DNA of 64,000 nucleotides from NCBI GenBank assembly GCA_964016885.1, contig OZ024754.1, positions 37,448,001 through 37,512,000 of the forward strand. The letters run 5' to 3'. The notes under the pieces were generated by a model. It was not told where the DNA came from. It saw only the letters and a list, made by a program, of their open reading frames with translations, and made no database searches. The DNA is from Eledone cirrhosa. Taxonomy: Eukaryota. A program made the translations under genes and the position numbers. This document shows, piece by piece, positions 53,785 through 64,000 of this stretch (the first letter of the stretch is position 1; every line of letters starts with the position of its first letter).

Positions 53785-53917
53785 GATAGTCTATTCTTAT
53801 CGATTCCTTCCACGACACCGAAATGCGCCAAAGTCAAACATTATATGTCTAAATGTCTCATTTATCTCTTCATAATATGTGACTCGACTTATTGTAATTA
53901 CTCTACTTGTGGTGTTT

Positions 53918-54340
53918 ATGGTGATGATGATGATGGTGGTGGTGGTGGTGGTGGTGGTGGTGGTTGTGGTGGTGGTGGTGATGATGGTTGTTGTTGTTGT
54001 TGTGGTGGTAATAGTGGTGGTGGTGGTGGTGATGATGGTGGTGGTGGTGGTTGTGGTAGTGGTTGTGGTGGTGGTGGTGGTTGTGGTGGTGGTGGTGGTG
54101 GTGGTGGTGGTGATGATGGTGGTGGTGGTTGTGGTGGTGGTGGTGATGATGATGGTGGTGATGATGATGGTGGTGATGGTAGTTGTGGTAGTGATGGTGG
54201 TGGGGTGATGATGGTGGTGGTGATGGTGGTGATGGTGATGGTGATGATGATGGTGGTTGTGGTAGTGATGGTGGTGGTGATGATGATGATGGTTGTGGTG
54301 AGGATGTTGGAGATTATGGTGGTGGTGGTGGTGACGACGA
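53918..54340. repeat. (GGT/GAT)n microsatellite
   Basis: Direct reading. Confidence 0.92.
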
Positions 54341-55026
54341 CAACTGTGATGATTCCATTTACCTTAATTGGGCGATTCTCACCAAGAAACAAAACAAACA
54401 AAAAATTAATAAAAAGAAACCAATCATTTGATCGAACCAAAGAATCGATGTTTCCATTGTTTTGGTGTTTTTATTGTTGCTAGCGTCTGTCGGCTGCAAC
54501 TTTTGGCGGAAGAAAGGAGCTGAATTTTATATTGAATGAAGAAAACTATGAGCTCTGTTGGTCTCACTTGGTGGGGGGGGGGGGGTCCACTCGGGTCAAT
54601 TGGAGCCGGTTGTTTTTGATAGGTACCGCTGGAAGGAATATTTGAGGACCCTGTCCCCAAGACACACACCCCTCCCTCCCCCTCTCAGGAATACGTGGGC
54701 AAAGAAGAAGAAGATGGTAATGATGACCATCAAGAAGGCAAGAAGAAGGAGAGGAAGGCAAGAAAAAGGAGAGGAAGGCAAGAAGAAGAAGAAGAAGAAG
54801 AAGAAAGAGAAGAAAAAGAGAAGAAAGAAGAAAGAGAAGAAAGAGAAGTTTAAAAACCATAGTTCGATGGATAGAATCATCACTTTTGAAGGTGAAAGAA
54901 ATGAAATCTCATCGATATGGTTACTAGTCATAAATAGAGAAGGTCAGCGAAAATAGGGGTCAGGTAGGACCGGAAAACCGTGAACCTAGATAGACAAAAC
55001 AGTTTTTTCTATTCGTTCATCTAAAG

Positions 55027-57845
55027 CAGGAGCGTGCAACAGGCGGCCTGCAGGCCACAATCCGGCCCACCAGACCAGTCGGAGTGACCCGCAATGACCG
55101 TTTGTCATTTTTACCGTGTAGGCTTATTTAGAATTTTTTTCGTAACCGTAATAGAATTTTCTGTTAGTTGACCTATACTAAAGGGCTTCACTGACAGGGT
55201 TATACGTGTTATAATTTCCCAGTTCCATGTTATGGAAAGACGTTGTGGTGAATCTTTGGAATAGTGTTTAATAAATATTAATGGCCCTAATAGTTGTTCT
55301 GATAGGGTTATGTGTGTGTTATAATTTCCCAGTTCCATGTTATGGAAAGAAGTTGTGGTGAATCTTTGGAATAGTGCTTAATAAATATTAATGGCCCTAA
55401 TAGTTGTTCTGATAGGGCTATGTGTGTTATAATTTCCCAGTTCCATGTTATGGAAAGAAGTTGTGGTGAATCTTTGGAATAGTGCTTAATAAATATTAAT
55501 GGCCCTAATAGTTGTTCCGATAGGGCTATGTGTATTATAATTTCCCAGTTCCATGTTATGGAAAGACGTTGTGGTGAATCTTTGGAATAGTGCTTAATAA
55601 ATATTAATGGCCCTAATAGTTGTTCTGATAGGGTTATGTGTGTTATAATTTCCCAGTTCCATGTTATGGAAAGACGTTGTGGTAAATCTTTGGAATAGTG
55701 CTTAATAAATATTAATGGCCCTAATAGTTGTTCTGATAGGGTTATGTGTGTTATAATTTCCCAGTTCCATGTTATGGAAAGACGTTGTGGTAAATCTTTG
55801 GAATAGTGCTTAATAAATATTAATGGCCCTAATAGTTGTTCTGATAGGGTTATGTGTGTTATAATTTCCCCAGTTCCATGTTATGGAAAGACGTTGTGGT
55901 GAATCTTTGGAATAGTGCTTAATAAATATTAATGGCCCTAATAGTTGTTCTGATAGGGTTGTGTGTGTTATAATTTCCCAGTTCCATGTTATGGAAAGAC
56001 GTTGTGGTGAATCTTTGGAATAGTGCTTAATAAATATTAATGGCCCTAATAGTTGTTCTCATAGGGTTATGTGTGTGTTATAATTTCCCAGTTCCATGTT
56101 ATGGAAAGACGTTGTGGTGAATCTTTGGAATAGTGCTTAATAAATATTAATGGCCCTAATAGTTGTTCTGATAGGGTTATGTGTGTGTTATAATTTCCCA
56201 GTTCCATGTTATGGAAAGACGTTGTGGTGAATCTTTGGAATAGTGTTTAATAAATATTAATGGCCCTAATAGTTGTTCTGATAGGGTTATGTGCGTTATA
56301 ATTTCCCAGTTCCATGTTATGGAAAGACGTTGTGGTGAATCTTTGGAATAGTGCTTAATAAATATTAATGGCCCTAATAGTTGTTCTGATAGGGTTATGT
56401 GTGTTATAATTTCCCCAGTTCCATGTTATGGAAAGACGTTGTGGTGAATCTTTGGAATAGTGCTTAATAAATATTAATGGCCCTAATAGTTGTTCTGATA
56501 GGGTTGTGTGTGTTATAATTTCCCAGTTCCATGTTATGGAAAGACGTTGTGGTGAATCTTTGGAATAGTGCTTAATAAATATTAATGGCCCTAATAGTTG
56601 TTCTCATAGGGTTATGTGTGTGTTATAATTTCCCAGTTCCATGTTATGGAAAGACGTTGTGGTGAATCTTTGGAATAGTGCTTAATAAATATTAATGGCC
56701 CTAATAGTTGTTCTGATAGGGTTATGTGTGTGTTATAATTTCCCAGTTCCATGTTATGGAAAGACGTTGTGGTGAATCTTTGGAATAGTGCTTAATAAAT
56801 ATTAATGGCCCTAATAGTTGTTCTGATAGGGTTATGTGTGTGTTATAATTTCCCAGTTCCATGTTATGGAAAGACGTTGTGGTGAATCTTTGGAATAGTG
56901 CTTAATAAATATTAATGGCCCTAATAGTTGTTCTGATAGGGTTATGTGTGTTATAATTTCCCAGTTCCATGTTATGGAAAGACGTTGTGGTGAATCTTTG
57001 GAATAGTGTTTAATAAATATTAATGGCCCTAATAGTTGTTCTGATAGGGTTATGTGTGTTATAATTTCCCAATTCCATGTCATGGAAAGACGTTGTGGTG
57101 AATCTTTGGAATAGTGCTTAATAAATATTAATGGCCCTAATAGTTGTTCTGATAGGGTTATGTGTGTTATAATTTCCCAGTTCCATGTTATGGAAAGACG
57201 TTGTGGTGAATCTTTGGAATAGTGCTTAATAAATATTAATGGCCCTAATAGTTGTTCTGATAGGGTTGTGTGTGTTATAATTTCCCAGTTCCATGTTATG
57301 GAAAGACGTTGTGGTGAATCTTTGGAATAGTGCTTAATAAATATTAATGGCCCTAATAGTTGTTCTGATAGGGTTATGTGTGTGTTATAATTTCCCAGTT
57401 CCATGTTATGGAAAGACGTTGTGGTGAATCTTTGGAATAGTGCTTAATAAATATTAATGGCCCTAATAGTTGTTCTGATAGGGTTATGTGTGTTATAATT
57501 TCCCAGTTCCATGTTATGGAAAGAAGTTGCGGTGAATCTTTGGAATAGTGCTTAATAAATATTAATGGCCCTAATAGTTGTTCTGATAGGGTTATGTGTG
57601 TTATAATTTCCCAGTTCCATGTTATGGAAAGACGTTGTGGTGAATCTTTGGAATAGTGCTTAATAAATATTAATGGCCCTAATAGTTGTTCTGATAGGGT
57701 TATACGTGTTATATTTTCCCAGTTCCATGTTATGGAAAGACGTTGTGGTGAATCTTTGGAATAGTGCTTAATAAATATTAATGGCCCTAATAGTTGTTCC
57801 AATGTTAAAAAGTGGCCCACCAATGGAATATGTTGCACACCCCTG
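55027..57845. mobile_element. hAT (Charlie-like) MITE expanded by an internal satellite
   Basis: TIRs caggagcgtgcaac / gttgcacacccctg; perfect 8-bp TSD ATCTAAAG at 55019-55026 and 57846-57853; GGCCC subterminal motifs. Confidence 0.88.
55190..57800 (+). repeat. 108-110-bp tandem satellite, ~24 near-identical copies
   Basis: Unit tgttataatttcccagttccatgttatggaaagacgttgtggtgaatctttggaatagtgcttaataaatattaatggccctaatagttgttctgatagggttatgtg. Confidence 0.97.
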
Positions 57846-57853
57846 ATCTAAAG

Positions 57854-58019
57854 CAAGCATAAGCAACCTTTTTCGAGCACTGGACCGCAAAGGATGTGGT
57901 TCATCATGAGGCGGGCCGCACTACTAAAACAATTTCAAGACAATTTTGAAATTAGGCGTACCATTCAGAAAATCAAACGAGCCGCATGCAGCTCACGGGC
58001 CGCAGCTTGCCTATGACTG
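57854..58019. mobile_element. Second hAT MITE sharing the same TSD
   Basis: TIRs caagcataagcaac / gcttgcctatgactg; flanked by ATCTAAAG at 57846-57853 and 58020-58027. Confidence 0.8.
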
Positions 58020-58703
58020 ATCTAAAGTTTTGTTAAGTTTTCCTCCACCCACGACAATCAGGCAACAGAATAAATTGATTTAGATAAAAGGCAGGAAAGA
58101 AAAACATTCACGGGAGATTAAAAGATTGAATTATTTAAACCAGTAACCACAGATTTACCAATATTTCAGAAATAATTAAAGATTATAATATTGTAATCCT
58201 TTATATTAAATATGTTTTCTTGACTTTTAAACAGATTTATTTCTAGTTTTGTGGTTTTCATATTGTTTTAAGTTGATTTTGATTTTACTCTCACGTTTTA
58301 ATTCATGACTGCATCGCTGTTATGTTACTGGCTATCACGTATAAGAAGGAGTATTTAATTCACTAGAGGTCAACATTAACACATCAGAAAGATTTAAAAA
58401 TCAATAGTAATTTCATTTTCTAGCCATATCTATCTGGTTTTCAAATACTAAACATCAATCACATTAGTACTTTGATATTTGAACAGCAAGAAGTAAAAGG
58501 TGAGACGTATAGCAGAAAGTTATCATACAGCAGAGGTGTCAAAGTCTCTCTCTTCAACTATCTTTTAGAAATGATTTGGCGTGTTGGATTCCTTCAAACT
58601 CTGCAGATATTTCTCTCCACCAATTCACAAATTTGTCACACACTTAATATTGAGAAAATGAATGCAATCAATTTATAAAGAAAATTTTAGATTTTTCTTT
58701 TTT

Positions 58704-58732
<29 letters not shown>

Positions 58733-58737
<5 letters not shown>

Positions 58738-58982
58738 CGAAGGAAATGTGGTCAGGAACCAGATGGACCATAACGCACCAAAGTACTCAATACTTAGGGT
58801 AGTAAAGTGGGTAATAGGAACGAGTAGAGTGGGTAATAGGAACGAGTAGGACCCCGACGGCTGAGCTCAAGCCGTTTCGACGGCTATTTGTGGACTAAAA
58901 AAAAAAAAAAAATTTTTTTTTGTCCAGAATTAGCCGTCGAAACGGCTTGAGCTCAGCCGTCGGGGTCCTACTCGTTCCTATA
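58733..58982. repeat. Module family B with terminal hairpin, between (TA)n tracts
   Basis: Arms 58836-58895 and 58921-58980; also a 22-bp tandem duplication at ~58802-58848. Confidence 0.88.
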
Positions 58983-59156
58983 TATATATATATATATACA
59001 TGGGGAGGGCCATATTGTTGTAATAATATTGCCAGAAATAATAACAGAACACACTCACTGTTTGGTTGGTTTTCGCTTCTGTATCTCTAATATCTCCATA
59101 GTTAATTTATTTGGCAATCAACGTTTATTATTGATTGTCCAACGGTGGATTGTCCA

Positions 59157-59341
59157 GGGCGGTGGATTGGCAGTATCGGTAGAGGGTCGGACGCCATGCT
59201 TTCCAGCATAGTTACGTCCCTTTACGATCTGAGTTCAAATCCCGCCGAGGTTGACTTTGCCTTTCATCCTTACGGGGTCGATAAAATAAAGTACCAGTAA
59301 TGCACTGAGTAATTGCTGGCCTTGTGCCTAAAGTAGAAACA
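59157..59341 (+). mobile_element. SINE-A, full short-form copy
   Basis: Consensus match; flanked by the duplicated attgattgtcca-like target sequence. Confidence 0.92.
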
Positions 59342-60779
59342 ATTATTGATTGTCCAACGGTTAAAGATACAGATATAGATATATAGATATATATATATAT
59401 AGACTATCAAAGTTCTTTCGTTGCACATCTGCAACATCGTGTGTGTGTGTGTGTGTGTGTGTCTGTGTGTCTGTGTGTGTGTCTGTGTGTCTGTGTGTGT
59501 GTCTGTGTGTGTGTCTGTGTGTGTGTCTGTGTGTGTGTCTGTGTGTGTGTCTGTGTGTGTGTGTCTGTCTGTCTGTCTGTCTGTGTGTGTGTAACAACAA
59601 TTACAGGCGGTGCACCGTTCGAAACACTCGGTGCTGTTACTAGGTCGGTTTCGTTTTCATATTACAATTGTTTCGATATCAATCAGCTCAGGGTACAATC
59701 AAAGTTAAGGGGCCTGACACTTTTTCGACATGTCATCAAATATGCAAGCTTATATATGCGAAGACACATCTAAAGTTTATAAAGGTATCCGACAATAAAA
59801 CACAAATTATAGTAAAATTGTGAACTGAAATAAATTACACTATTACTAATTTGTTATTATATAAAACAAGACTATAGAATTATAAAGATATAGAAGGATA
59901 ATAGTGGTGATTGAGAAGCAATAGAGCAGTAAACTTAATATCAAATAGCAGTTACGGTATCTTCCATTACGTTCTGAATTAAAATCGCCTGATGGAGGAC
60001 TTTTTTGTGTGTGCTTTTAAGGTCGATGAAATAAGGACAAAACAAATATCGAGAGTTCAATTCAATAGCTTTAGCTTTCATCTATAAATTCATGTATAAA
60101 TCTCTGCTTATATTTCCTTTCTTATTCATGACAATATGTTGTAATTTTCGGTACATTTGGCTGATATATGTAGAGGACAGGAAGACTGTATATGCATTTA
60201 CTTTATTTCATTCGTAATTTTACACGACAGGATGAAAGCTTTTAAAGGATTTGCCTAAACCACAATTGACATTAAACTTATTCTCTCCCTCAATATATCT
60301 AATGTCAGAATATTTGTCAATATTAAAATATTCCTTATCCACATTGCTCACTGTTGTCTTCATATTAATCTACGTCGATTATAAAATATTCATTCGTTTC
60401 TCTGTCGACAACCATGTTATCATGTCGTCTGCTTTTCACGATTCAGTTCGTTCGAACATTTTCCAATATTTTTAATGACACATTACACCGATAAACAAAC
60501 CACTTGAAATCCATACATCCGACATGGGATTCTAACTGGTATTGGGATATTATAGGTACAATATTTACAATATCTATTAAATATTAGGTTTCTTGAATTT
60601 TCTGTTTTATTTTATTCAATTTTATGTTGTTTTACAGACAATAGAAACGCTACTTAAGCTATGTTTTAATGGTTTTTAATACACATTTCGTTGTGAATTA
60701 ATCCCAAGTTGTACTAGCTACTGATCAATACTAGTTCAAGTTGTGATATTAGTTGTTGTACTCGCTATTGAACAATATT

Positions 60780-61457
60780 GGATTGGTAGTATCGGTAGAG
60801 GGTCGGACGCCATGCTTTCTAGCATAGTTACGTCCCTTTACGATCTGAGTTCAAATCCCGCCGAGGGATTTAATATATACTATTGTATACATTAATATAC
60901 ACTATTGTATACATTAATATATACTATTGTATACATTAATATACACTATTATATACATTAATATATACTACTGTGTATATTAATATATACTATTGTATAC
61001 ATTAATATATACAGTTCGCAAGCTGGCCATGAAATTGTGTTATGTTATATATATTTTCTTTAACATTTCTGTACCATTTATATAGTATATCTCCTGTAAA
61101 AAATGGCAGCTACCACTCACGGGAGTTAAGATGCACCATCAAGTCTGTATTAAACATAAATTCTATTCATTCCATCATTTATTATGCATTTCTCAATATT
61201 ACTCAATTTTTATTTGTTTTAGCTACCTTGAATGTATCAGTGCATTGCATATGGCTATTGTCCTATTATCTCATATTGGATTGGCAGTATCGGTAGAGCG
61301 TCGGACGCCATGCTTTCCAGCATAGTTACGTCCCTTTACGTTCTGAGTTCAAATCTCGCCGAGGTTAACTTTGCCTTTCATCCATACGGGGGTCGATAAA
61401 ATAAAGTACCAGTAATGCACTGGAATAATTGCTGGCCTTGTGCCAAAAGTAGAAACA
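60780..61457 (+). mobile_element. SINE-A copies (60780-60866, truncated by a 22-bp minisatellite at 60868-61012; 61277-61457)
   Basis: Consensus matches; attaatata(t/c)actattgtatac repeats. Confidence 0.85.
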
Positions 61458-61468
61458 ATTATATAATA

Positions 61469-62052
61469 CTAGCAGTGGTACCCGGCGTTGCACGGGATAA
61501 GGTATTTTGGAACGCGGGCCGCCAACAGACCTAATCGTGGCAAAACTGCATGCCTGGACAATATGTAAAGAAAATATACCAAATACTCCGATGGCTGGAT
61601 AATCTTTAGGTTTTCACCTAATGCGGGCCCTAGGGGATCAAGAAAATGAATTTTTTTATATGCACAATATGCCTTGAAATTTCGGGAAAATCGGCTAGAC
61701 ATTAACGCCTCAAAAAAGCCCTAAAAAGCTGAAAAAATGAAGTTTTTCACCTAATGCGGGCCCTAGGCCATAAAAATTTAGGTTTTCTTTGCTCTGAAGA
61801 AGAGACTGACTAATACATAGTTACAATTTCAAGGAAATCGGTCTGATGTAACGCCTCAAAAAAACCCTAAAAAGCTAAAAAAAAGAAAAATGCAGTTTTT
61901 CAACTAATGCGGGCCCTGGGGGATCAAAAAGTTTAATTTTATGTGCATAACACTCCCTGAAACAGAAGTAATACACATGTAAAGTTTGAAAAAAATCGGT
62001 TGGGTACTTCGAGTTTTAGAAATTCACACACACACAGTTTTATATATATAGA
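61469..62052 (-). mobile_element. Non-autonomous Helitron
   Basis: Minus 5' TCTATATATATAAACTGTG; 3' cccgtgcaacgccggg..CTAG|T; three internal ttttca(c/a)ctaatgcgggcccT repeats. Confidence 0.85.
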
Positions 62053-62189
62053 TATACTATTGTTGTTTCTTTTTTATGCAAGTTAGTGAATGAATGGAGA
62101 ACAGTGACCCTGATCTTTCCAGAAAGTCTCAACCAGGTACAATTGATGCAGTTGCAGTTGGTATTTAGATTGATCCGATCTAGATCGAA

Positions 62190-62430
62190 GGATGCAGAAA
62201 AGATCGGGTGGGTATGGTGGAACTGTCAGTGAATTGCAGGAATGGCTCTTCCAACGCATCTCCCTTACCATCCTCCGGGAAACGCCTTCTCTATTCTGTC
62301 CGCCGGGGCTGTGGGGGCAGCCAGCACGCGGGACCCCATTTGCTCTCATACAGAGAGATGGGGACGGCGAGAGAGATGGAGGCGATGAGAGTGGGAGTTC
62401 GACTCTTCCGTGTTCGGACATATTGCACCT
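62190..62430 (+). mobile_element. CRE-clade non-LTR retrotransposon 3' fragment (related inverted piece at 62940-63090)
   Basis: E..EWLFQRISLTILR/GNAFSILS (one frameshift) resembles the CRE C-terminal 'LFQR.S..I.RGNA.S' motif. Confidence 0.6.
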
Positions 62431-62699
62431 GTCATGTGGATCATGTGATAAATTACTTGTTTCATTACTTTACACGAATAATTACTTTTCTCCTGACAAT
62501 CCTTGATAATTCACAACGAAGGTGTTTTTGTTTTCCTGATCTGAGAGATGAGATCTTGTAAATGTGACGCGAAAATGAGAGAGAGGTTTCAAAAAATGCC
62601 CTAAGAAATACCGTATGTCAATATGGTGTCCTTACGATTCCCTCAAGAGTTACGGGTCTGCACTCTACCATATTCCTGGTATTGTCATTTAATTAAATC

Positions 62700-62905
62700 T
62701 GGCTGAGTGTTTAGAGAATTGGATTCGCAATCATGAGGTTGTGAGTTCCATTCCCGGACCGGGCGATGCGTTATGTCCTTGGGCAAGATACTTTATTTCA
62801 TGTTGCTCCTTCTACCTGGAGTTGCGACCGATAGATAGTATTAGCAATTGGAAAGACCAATGGAAACATTGTTTCCTCGGTCCGATTTGACGAAAGTCGA
62901 TCGAC
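62700..62905 (+). mobile_element. tRNA-derived SINE-B
   Basis: ggctgagtg..gagttccattcccgg head; matches the reverse complement of 3520-3760. Confidence 0.8.
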
Positions 62906-63923
62906 ATTTTTTTTCTTTTTTTAAAGAATTGACCTGGTACTAAGCATTGACCAGGAATAGACATTGGTCAACCCAGTCTACTGTACCAACTGTCAGTACC
63001 ATAGAATTGATAAATATGCCCGAACGCGGAAGAGCCGAACTCCCACTGCCATCGCCTCCATAGATTCCTTCCTTCAGTTCATATGGGTGTATGAAACAGG
63101 TATATATCAAGCTTACCTGTACAACTACCATTCAATATGGGAGCGAGAAGCTTTGTCTTTCATCCACTTAACACAATACTTGCTTGAATTAACTATTAGC
63201 TTTATGGAGCCTTATACTTTGGTAAATAATTGCTATTCAAATTCAATTGTTGCTTATCTTCTCTAATAATTTTCTTCAATGGTTAACTCTGAGGTTTATC
63301 TCCTTTTTATTCGCAATGTAATGTATTTTGAAATTCCAAAATCAATTAATATATTTTAACAACAGGCGCAGATTGGTTATAGAAGAAGGTTAAATGTTTG
63401 ATCTGTTTATCAAGCTGCTTAAGTAAGAATATGTGAAGATGTTTGGCGAAGTGCTAGTGTGAGATATTATTAGATGGTGTTTGAAACGAACCAGAGCAGG
63501 AAATTTCATCGCAAGACGTCCTATGTAAATAGCCAGGCTTTTTATAAATATCCTGCATATTAGGCGAAGTGTGACTATCGTAACACAGATTTTAAGATAT
63601 GAAGTATTTCTATTCTTCGTTCGAGTTGAAAACTAGTCAATCGCAGACTTAGTTTATGATGCGATAAAACTCTAGGTGAGTTTTTCAGTATCCTATAGCG
63701 ATACTGAAATCAATGTGCTATATCTTACTAGGGTGTATGTATGGATCCGTAACTACTAATGGAGTTGTAAGGACACCGAAGTGATATACGACATATCTTG
63801 TACACTTTAAACCTGGTGGTGCGCATCCCATTTCCAGGTCTGAACATAACCGGTTTCTTCCAGAGAATGGAAGAGAAAAAAGGTATAGAGAAAAAATTAA
63901 CCCCAGTATTGGACTGGTTTATT

Positions 63924-64000
63924 CCACCGAGGTTAACTTTGGCCTTTCATCCTTACGGGGTCGATAAAATAAAGTACCAGTCATGGACTGGGATCGATTT
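63924..64000 (+). mobile_element. SINE-A fragment running off the window end
   Basis: ccgaggttaacttt..ggggtcgataaaataaagtaccagt. Confidence 0.85.

Noticed and set aside
53575-54956. Gly-rich, Pro-rich and Lys-rich ORFs
   Set aside because: (GGT)n and (AAG)n simple repeats.
55190-57800. CRISPR array or 36-aa repeat protein
   Set aside because: No unique spacers; frameshifting 108-110-bp units inside a TSD-flanked MITE in a eukaryotic genome.
59157-59250. tRNA gene
   Set aside because: tRNA-like SINE head; no complete cloverleaf. The same applies to the other SINE copies.

Overview
Eukaryotic, very AT-rich and microsatellite-saturated DNA, most likely a cephalopod (Octopus-like; inferred from the SINE and squidulin content). 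The only host gene I can support is the last two coding exons of a squidulin/calmodulin-like EF-hand gene (2710-2955 and 7155-7186, +). The rest is repeats: ~35-40 copies or fragments of a tRNA-derived SINE, other SINEs, 3' fragments of R4/Dong-, Tx1-, RTE- and CRE-like retroelements, Helitrons, piggyBac/Tc1/hAT MITEs, and a 108-bp satellite grown inside a hAT MITE. The most striking unexplained signal is a set of short non-coding modules embedded almost exclusively in (TA)n/(CA)n tracts. They come from several distinct sequence families and carry minimal type-I hammerhead ribozyme (HHR) motifs: CUGANGA or U3-A8 UUGANAA core, stem II, GAAA + short, usually palindromic stem III + NUH. Stem I covaries between copies, and the modules repeatedly form long palindromes. 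This suggests a microsatellite-targeting, ribozyme-bearing Penelope-like/retrozyme system. Almost all ORFs in the supplied track are microsatellite artefacts. All calls were made by eye; no searches were run.
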